From NCBI GenBank assembly GCA_963662945.1, contig OY759974.1:96001-160000 (forward strand): DNA of 64,000 nt, written 5' to 3'. Position numbers and translations under genes: made by a program. Of the stretch, positions 58,802 to 64,000 are shown one piece after another. The DNA comes from Arcobacteraceae bacterium (GTDB taxonomy: Bacteria; Campylobacterota; Campylobacteria; Campylobacterales; Arcobacteraceae). The stretch's first letter is position 1; each line of letters starts with the position of its first letter. The notes under the pieces are model-generated. The model did not search any database. It was not told where the DNA came from and was given only the letters and a program-made list of their open reading frames with translations.

Positions 58802-60220
58802 TTATTTTAAAATATCCTCTACTCTTTCGTTGAGTTGTTGAGTATTTTGTTTTTCTATTTTATTTTGAGTTAGTTTTTTTTCTAACTCTTTAGTATAATT
58901 ATTCTCTATATTTTTTAGTTGAGACAACTGTTGTGCTATATATGTTAAATCTTTTGATTTTGGAACTATATAGGGAGTTACAATTATAACTAAATTTATT
59001 TTATCTTCATAGTCATAATCACTTTTAAATAGACTACCTAAAAGAGGAATATCTCCTAAAAGTGGTACTTTATATTCACTGGTTTCAAGTTTATTTTTTA
59101 TCAAACCACCTATAATAACATTCTCTCCATTACTTACTATAGCAGTTGTTAATACCTCTTTTTTATTTGTATCAGGTATTGCATTTGTCGTTGTTGCAAG
59201 TTTAACATCTTCAATTACAGTTTTTATATCTAAAGTTACTTTATCATTTGAAGATAATCTGGGTTTAATAGTAAGTCTTAGTCCAATATCTTCTCTTTCA
59301 TAATTAGTAGTAGTTGTTGTACCTACAGTAGTTCCTGTAGGAATAGAGTGAGTCTCTCCCACATATATTGAACTTTCTTTATTATTGATACACAATATAG
59401 AGGGTTCGCTCACAACTTCTAAAGCCTTATTCTCTTTCAATAGATTTATAGTAGCACCCAATGCTATCGAACTTGTTAAAATTGCTGGACTATATCCATA
59501 TGTAGTAAGTTCTGTCAAACTTAAGGGCTTAACACCACCCAATGAATTTAATGAAGATGTGAAAGTATTCAAAGATGAACCTGTAGAATAAAAACCATTT
59601 AATCCATATTGTATTCCAAGATTTTGTGTTTTAGTTTCACTTATCTCTATTATTTTTGCTTCTACATATACCTGTTGTTGTTCAGTGTCGAGTTGCTTAA
59701 TAATTTTGTGGATAACTTCAATATGTTGTTGAGAACCATAAATGATCAATCTATTATTTTCTTCATCTAAAGATATATAAGGTTTTATCGTTGTATTTTC
59801 ACTTTGAATAATATCTTTTATAATTTTAACAACCAATTTAGATTCTAAGTTTTTGATTGGAATAACTTCAACCTGTAAAGAATTTTTATCATTAGTTTCA
59901 TTGTATTTGAATAAATTTTCATCCTTTACAACAAGAAAAATATCTTCTCTACGTAAAAGAGAAAAACCTTTTGATTGTAAATCATATTTTAAAACATCTA
60001 AAATATTTTTTTTATCAATACTTTTATTTGAAATATAATTAACTTTTCCTTCAACTTTTGATGTAATTAAAATATCTTTTTGAATAATTTTTGATGTAAT
60101 TTTTATAAAGTTTTCTATATCTAAGTTTTTAAAATTTATTTTTATTTCTTGATCTGCAAACAGATTGAGATGTACAAGTACTATGAAAATAATTACAAAG
60201 AAATATTGCAACCTCTTCAT
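58802..60220 (-). CDS. Secretin, GspD-like (short), orphan
   Basis: Signal peptide, N0 domain (INFKNLDIENFIK), QLD...QVYVEAKIIE, REDIGLRLTIKP, KVPLLGDIPLLGSLFK, IIVTPYIV. Confidence 0.88.
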   Translation of the reverse strand: MKRLQYFFVIIFIVLVHLNLFADQEIKINFKNLDIENFIKITSKIIQKDILITSKVEGKVNYISNKSIDKKNILDVLKYDLQSKGFSLLRREDIFLVVKDENLFKYNETNDKNSLQVEVIPIKNLESKLVVKIIKDIIQSENTTIKPYISLDEENNRLIIYGSQQHIEVIHKIIKQLDTEQQQVYVEAKIIEISETKTQNLGIQYGLNGFYSTGSSLNTFTSSLNSLGGVKPLSLTELTTYGYSPAILTSSIALGATINLLKENKALEVVSEPSILCINNKESSIYVGETHSIPTGTTVGTTTTTNYEREDIGLRLTIKPRLSSNDKVTLDIKTVIEDVKLATTTNAIPDTNKKEVLTTAIVSNGENVIIGGLIKNKLETSEYKVPLLGDIPLLGSLFKSDYDYEDKINLVIIVTPYIVPKSKDLTYIAQQLSQLKNIENNYTKELEKKLTQNKIEKQNTQQLNERVEDILK

Positions 60221-60672
60221 CTAATCTTTTTCTTTCTTGATTTAGAAAGCACATAAATAGAAGATGGTCTTGATTCTTTAAATTCTTCATTAAAAACAAT
60301 AATATCGGCACTCTTTGTGGCAAAATCTTCATCAAAACTATTTTGCGTAAGATTTGCTGATGTTGAATACAATGTATGAAATTTTTTTAAAAAGGAATGA
60401 TGTCTTAAATCTTGACTAACCACTCTAAAAGCTTTTTTAGAAGGATAAATAAATGTTGTTTTAGAAGAGTTACGTACTGTTTTTCTAAAATTTTTAGGTA
60501 CCCTAATATTTTTTTGTAATGTTTGAAAACTATCTACAACCTGAAGGGTTTTTTTATTCAAGTCTCTTTGTTTTATCATTGAGAGTTTTTTATCATCAAA
60601 AGATAAAAAACCCACCGTGGTATCAGTTTGAGTTAAATATACTAAACTGCTATCCACTTTTTTCAAATCCAC
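60217..60672 (-). CDS. tsaC: Minimal Sua5/YrdC (TsaC-like) protein
   Basis: QTDTTVGF, IKQR, YSTSAN, PSSI. Confidence 0.7.
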   Translation of the reverse strand: MDLKKVDSSLVYLTQTDTTVGFLSFDDKKLSMIKQRDLNKKTLQVVDSFQTLQKNIRVPKNFRKTVRNSSKTTFIYPSKKAFRVVSQDLRHHSFLKKFHTLYSTSANLTQNSFDEDFATKSADIIVFNEEFKESRPSSIYVLSKSRKKKIR

Positions 60673-63600
60673 TTACGAAAGTTGAAGGAAATCTTGAATT
60701 GATTTTGGAGCAAAACCAGCAATATCTCTTTGTGATTCTATTGCTTCAACACTAGCAAGTGCACCTGCAACTGTTGTAAAGTATGGTACATTCATTCTTA
60801 AAACAGTTCTTCTTATTTGTTCCCCATCATCTTTACTTGATTCTTTTCCATCACTTGTGTTAATAGCCATAACAATCTCTTGATTCATTAAAGAATCCGT
60901 AATATTAGGTCGTCCTTCACTTACTTTTAAAACTTTTTCACAAGGTATCCCTGCTTCACTGATAATATCATAAGTTCCACCAGTAGCTACTATTTCAAAT
61001 CCTAAATTTTCAAGTCCTAATGCAATTTGTGGCGCGAACTCTTTATCTAAATCAGCTAAAGAGATAAATACTTTTCCACCTTTTTGAGGTAAAAAGTTTT
61101 TAGCAGCATTTTGTGCTTTTGCAAATGCTTTTCCAAAATCACTACTAATACCCATAACTTCACCTGTTGATTTCATCTCTGGCCCAAGAATTAAATCTGC
61201 ACCACTTAATTTGTTAAATGGGAAAACTGCTTCTTTTACTGCAACATGATTTTTTAACATTGGTTTTAAAAGATTTGGTGACTCTTCATTTGTTACATTC
61301 ACTATTTTTTCATCTTTATCATATGTTTTTAATGCTTCTCTTAAAGATTGACCATACATAACTCTTGTTGCAACTTTTGCAAGAGGAATACCTGTAGCTT
61401 TTGAAACAAAAGGAACAGTTCTAGAAGCTCTTGGATTAACTTCAATTAAGTAAATTTTACCATGATGAATAGCATATTGAGTATTCATTAATCCACAAAC
61501 ACCAAGTTCTAAAGCCATAGTTTTTGTTTTTTCTTCAACTTCTTTTAAAATTGCTTCACTTAAACTAACCGGCGGTAAACTACATGCACTATCTCCTGAG
61601 TGAATACCAGCTTCTTCAATATGTTGCATTATTCCACCAATATATACATCAGTTCCATCACTAATACAATCAACATCAAGCTCAATAGCTCTATCTAAGA
61701 ATTTATCAATCAATACTGGTGCATCATTTGAAACACTTACTGCTTCATCCATATACATTCTTAACTCAGTATCATTATAAACAATTCTCATACCTCTACC
61801 ACCAAGTACAAAAGAAGGACGTACTAGAACTGGATAAGATACTCTATTTGCAATCTCTAAAGCTTGTTCAAGTGTAACAGCAGTTCCATTATCTGGTTGT
61901 AAAAGTCCCGCTTTTTCAACGAATGTAGAAAATTTTTCTCTATCTTCAGCTAAATCAATAACTTCAGCAGTAGTCCCTATAATTTTTCCACCAAAATCAT
62001 GAATAGCATTTGCTAATTTTAAAGGAGTTTGTCCTCCAAAATGAACAATAATTCCATCTGGATTTTCTGTTTCTATTACACTTCTTACATGTTCGAAATC
62101 AATTGGTTCAAAATAAAGTATATCTGATGTATCATAATCTGTTGATACAGTTTCTGGATTACAGTTATACATAATTGTCTCAACACCCATCTCATTTAAA
62201 GCAAATGAAGCGTGACAACAACAATAATCAAATTCTATCCCTTGCCCTATTCTATTAGGTCCACCACCAATAATCATAACTTTTTTCTTATCTGATTCCA
62301 CTCTAGCTTTTTGTGGTAATGTTGAAATATTTGTTGTCGAATATAAGTATGGAGTAAGTGCTTTAAACTCAGCTGCACAAGTATCAACTTCATTATATTC
62401 AAAATTTACACCTAAAGCTTTTCTAGCTTCATATACTTCAACTTCTTTACAATTTATAAGTTTAGAAATCATTTTATCACTGAATCCAAAAGTTTTTGCT
62501 CTTCTTAAAAACTCAGCATCTTGGAGTGTTCTAGATTGTTTCTCAACAATTGCTAACTCCATATTATGAATCTCTCTAAACTGGTTTAAGAACCATGGAT
62601 CAATTTTTGATAATTCAAAAATATCTTCATCACTTAAACCTTCTCTCATACCTTGCATTAAATATATATATCTATCACAATTTGGTCTTCTAATCTCTTT
62701 TTTAATATGTTCTAAATCACCTTTAATTGGATCAAATCCACAAAGACCTGTTTCTAGTGAACATAATGCTTTTTGGAAAGATTCTTTAAATGTTCTTCCC
62801 ATAGACATAACTTCTCCAACAGATTTCATCCCTGTTGTAAGTGTAGAGTTTGCTTTTGGAAATTTTTCAAAAGTAAATCTTGGAATTTTTGTAACAACAT
62901 AATCAATAACTGGTTCAAAAGAAGCAGTTGTACCTGTAATATCATTTTCAATCTCATCAAGTGTAAAACCAACAGCAAGAAGTGTTGCAACTTTTGCGAT
63001 AGGATATCCTGTAGCTTTTGAAGCAAGCGCAGAAGATCTTGAAACTCTTGGATTCATCTCAATAACAATCATTCTTCCAGTTTTTGGATCTATTGAGAAT
63101 TGAACATTACTCCCACCTGTATCAACACCTATTTCTCTAAGAATTGCAAAAGATGCATTTCTCATATTTTGGTATTCTTTATCTGTAAGAGTAAGAGCAG
63201 GTGCTACAGTGATACTATCTCCTGTATGAACACCCATTGGGTCTACATTTTCAATTGAACACACGATGATACAGTTATCTTTTTTATCTCTGATAACTTC
63301 CATCTCATATTCTTTCCATCCAAGCATAGATTCCATAATCTCTATTTCATTGATTGGACTTGCATCAATACCTTCTTTTGCAAGTTTTTCAAACTCTTCC
63401 ATGTTGTAAGCAACACCACTTCCACCACCTGCAAGTGTAAAAGAGGCTCTACTAATAACAGGGAATCCAATTTCTTTTACAACTTTTATAGCTTCTTCAA
63501 CGCTGTAAGCATTTGCACTTTTAGGTAAATCCATACCAATTTTAATCATCGCTTCATTAAAAAGGTGTCTATCTTCCCCTTTTTTAATAGCATCTGGATG

Positions 63601-63948
63601 TGCTCCTAAAAACTCTATCCCCTCAAGCATCCCTTTATCATACATAGATGTAGCAACATTCAATGCTGTTTGTCCACCCATTGTTGGTAAAATAGCATCA
63701 ATTTTTTCTATCTCAATTATTTGTGCAATAGTATCTTCTGTAATTGGTTCAATATAAGTTTTGTCCGCAAACTCTGGGTCAGTCATAATAGTAGCTGGAT
63801 TTGAATTTATCAGTACAACTCTATATCCTAACTCTTTTAATGTTTTTGTAGCTTGTGTTCCTGAATAATCAAACTCACACGCTTGACCGATAATAATAGG
63901 ACCAGATCCTATAAGTAAAATAGACTTGATATCTTCTCTTTTTGGCAT
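60673..63948 (-). CDS. carB: Carbamoyl-phosphate synthase large subunit
   Basis: [17 protein letters not shown], two ATP-grasp domains, [16 protein letters not shown] domain. Confidence 0.98.
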   Translation of the reverse strand: MPKREDIKSILLIGSGPIIIGQACEFDYSGTQATKTLKELGYRVVLINSNPATIMTDPEFADKTYIEPITEDTIAQIIEIEKIDAILPTMGGQTALNVATSMYDKGMLEGIEFLGAHPDAIKKGEDRHLFNEAMIKIGMDLPKSANAYSVEEAIKVVKEIGFPVISRASFTLAGGGSGVAYNMEEFEKLAKEGIDASPINEIEIMESMLGWKEYEMEVIRDKKDNCIIVCSIENVDPMGVHTGDSITVAPALTLTDKEYQNMRNASFAILREIGVDTGGSNVQFSIDPKTGRMIVIEMNPRVSRSSALASKATGYPIAKVATLLAVGFTLDEIENDITGTTASFEPVIDYVVTKIPRFTFEKFPKANSTLTTGMKSVGEVMSMGRTFKESFQKALCSLETGLCGFDPIKGDLEHIKKEIRRPNCDRYIYLMQGMREGLSDEDIFELSKIDPWFLNQFREIHNMELAIVEKQSRTLQDAEFLRRAKTFGFSDKMISKLINCKEVEVYEARKALGVNFEYNEVDTCAAEFKALTPYLYSTTNISTLPQKARVESDKKKVMIIGGGPNRIGQGIEFDYCCCHASFALNEMGVETIMYNCNPETVSTDYDTSDILYFEPIDFEHVRSVIETENPDGIIVHFGGQTPLKLANAIHDFGGKIIGTTAEVIDLAEDREKFSTFVEKAGLLQPDNGTAVTLEQALEIANRVSYPVLVRPSFVLGGRGMRIVYNDTELRMYMDEAVSVSNDAPVLIDKFLDRAIELDVDCISDGTDVYIGGIMQHIEEAGIHSGDSACSLPPVSLSEAILKEVEEKTKTMALELGVCGLMNTQYAIHHGKIYLIEVNPRASRTVPFVSKATGIPLAKVATRVMYGQSLREALKTYDKDEKIVNVTNEESPNLLKPMLKNHVAVKEAVFPFNKLSGADLILGPEMKSTGEVMGISSDFGKAFAKAQNAAKNFLPQKGGKVFISLADLDKEFAPQIALGLENLGFEIVATGGTYDIISEAGIPCEKVLKVSEGRPNITDSLMNQEIVMAINTSDGKESSKDDGEQIRRTVLRMNVPYFTTVAGALASVEAIESQRDIAGFAPKSIQDFLQLS

Positions 63949-64000
63949 TAACTTTCCTTGAATTTACTCTTTAAAAATTTGAAGATTATACCTATAATTT

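Noticed and set aside
2230-63026. Other short ORFs nested in or antisense to long genes (for example 2230-2469, 7487-7789, 12097-12318, 26073-26315, 29116-29319, 51896-52171, 53742-54011, 55711-56055, 60129-60335, 62773-63021)
   Set aside because: They overlap well-supported housekeeping CDSs and show no RBS or recognisable motifs.
1-64000. CRISPR arrays, tRNA/rRNA genes, IS elements and poly-G phase-variation tracts
   Set aside because: None seen. Intergenic gaps are short, and the only homopolymer runs are A/T runs expected at this base composition.

Overview
Very AT-rich core-chromosome segment of a Campylobacterota bacterium, most likely Arcobacteraceae (inferred from gene content and orders such as purD-RDD-lptD-PRTase-pnp, ilvI-ilvH-lpxD and yhdP/mltG-icd-mdh). 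It contains about 55 CDSs: an aapJQMP amino-acid ABC transporter, prlC, thpR, uvrA, rhlE, mltG, icd, mdh, ftsK, lpxD, ilvIH, pssA, a cheY-cheA-cheR-cheD-cheB cluster followed by a diguanylate cyclase, pnp, lptD, purD, two tandem ppk2 genes, uup, lgt, polA, an orphan secretin, a tsaC-like gene and carB. I saw no tRNA, rRNA, CRISPR array, transposase or prophage. Elements absent from the ORF track include a 6S RNA upstream of purD, a structured sRNA candidate at about 481-610, a 35-aa membrane peptide gene and a 51-codon N-terminal extension of ftsK that appears to start at a non-canonical ATA/ATT codon. The strongest novelty candidate is a PPK2 polyphosphate kinase fused to an N-terminal domain resembling the arm-type DNA-binding domain of phage integrases, paired with a plain PPK2. 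Also notable are two stand-alone, progressively degenerate flagellin-fold paralogs and a shared TTACA-N3-TGTAA box before icd and mdh. All family calls come from reading motifs by eye; no database searches were run.
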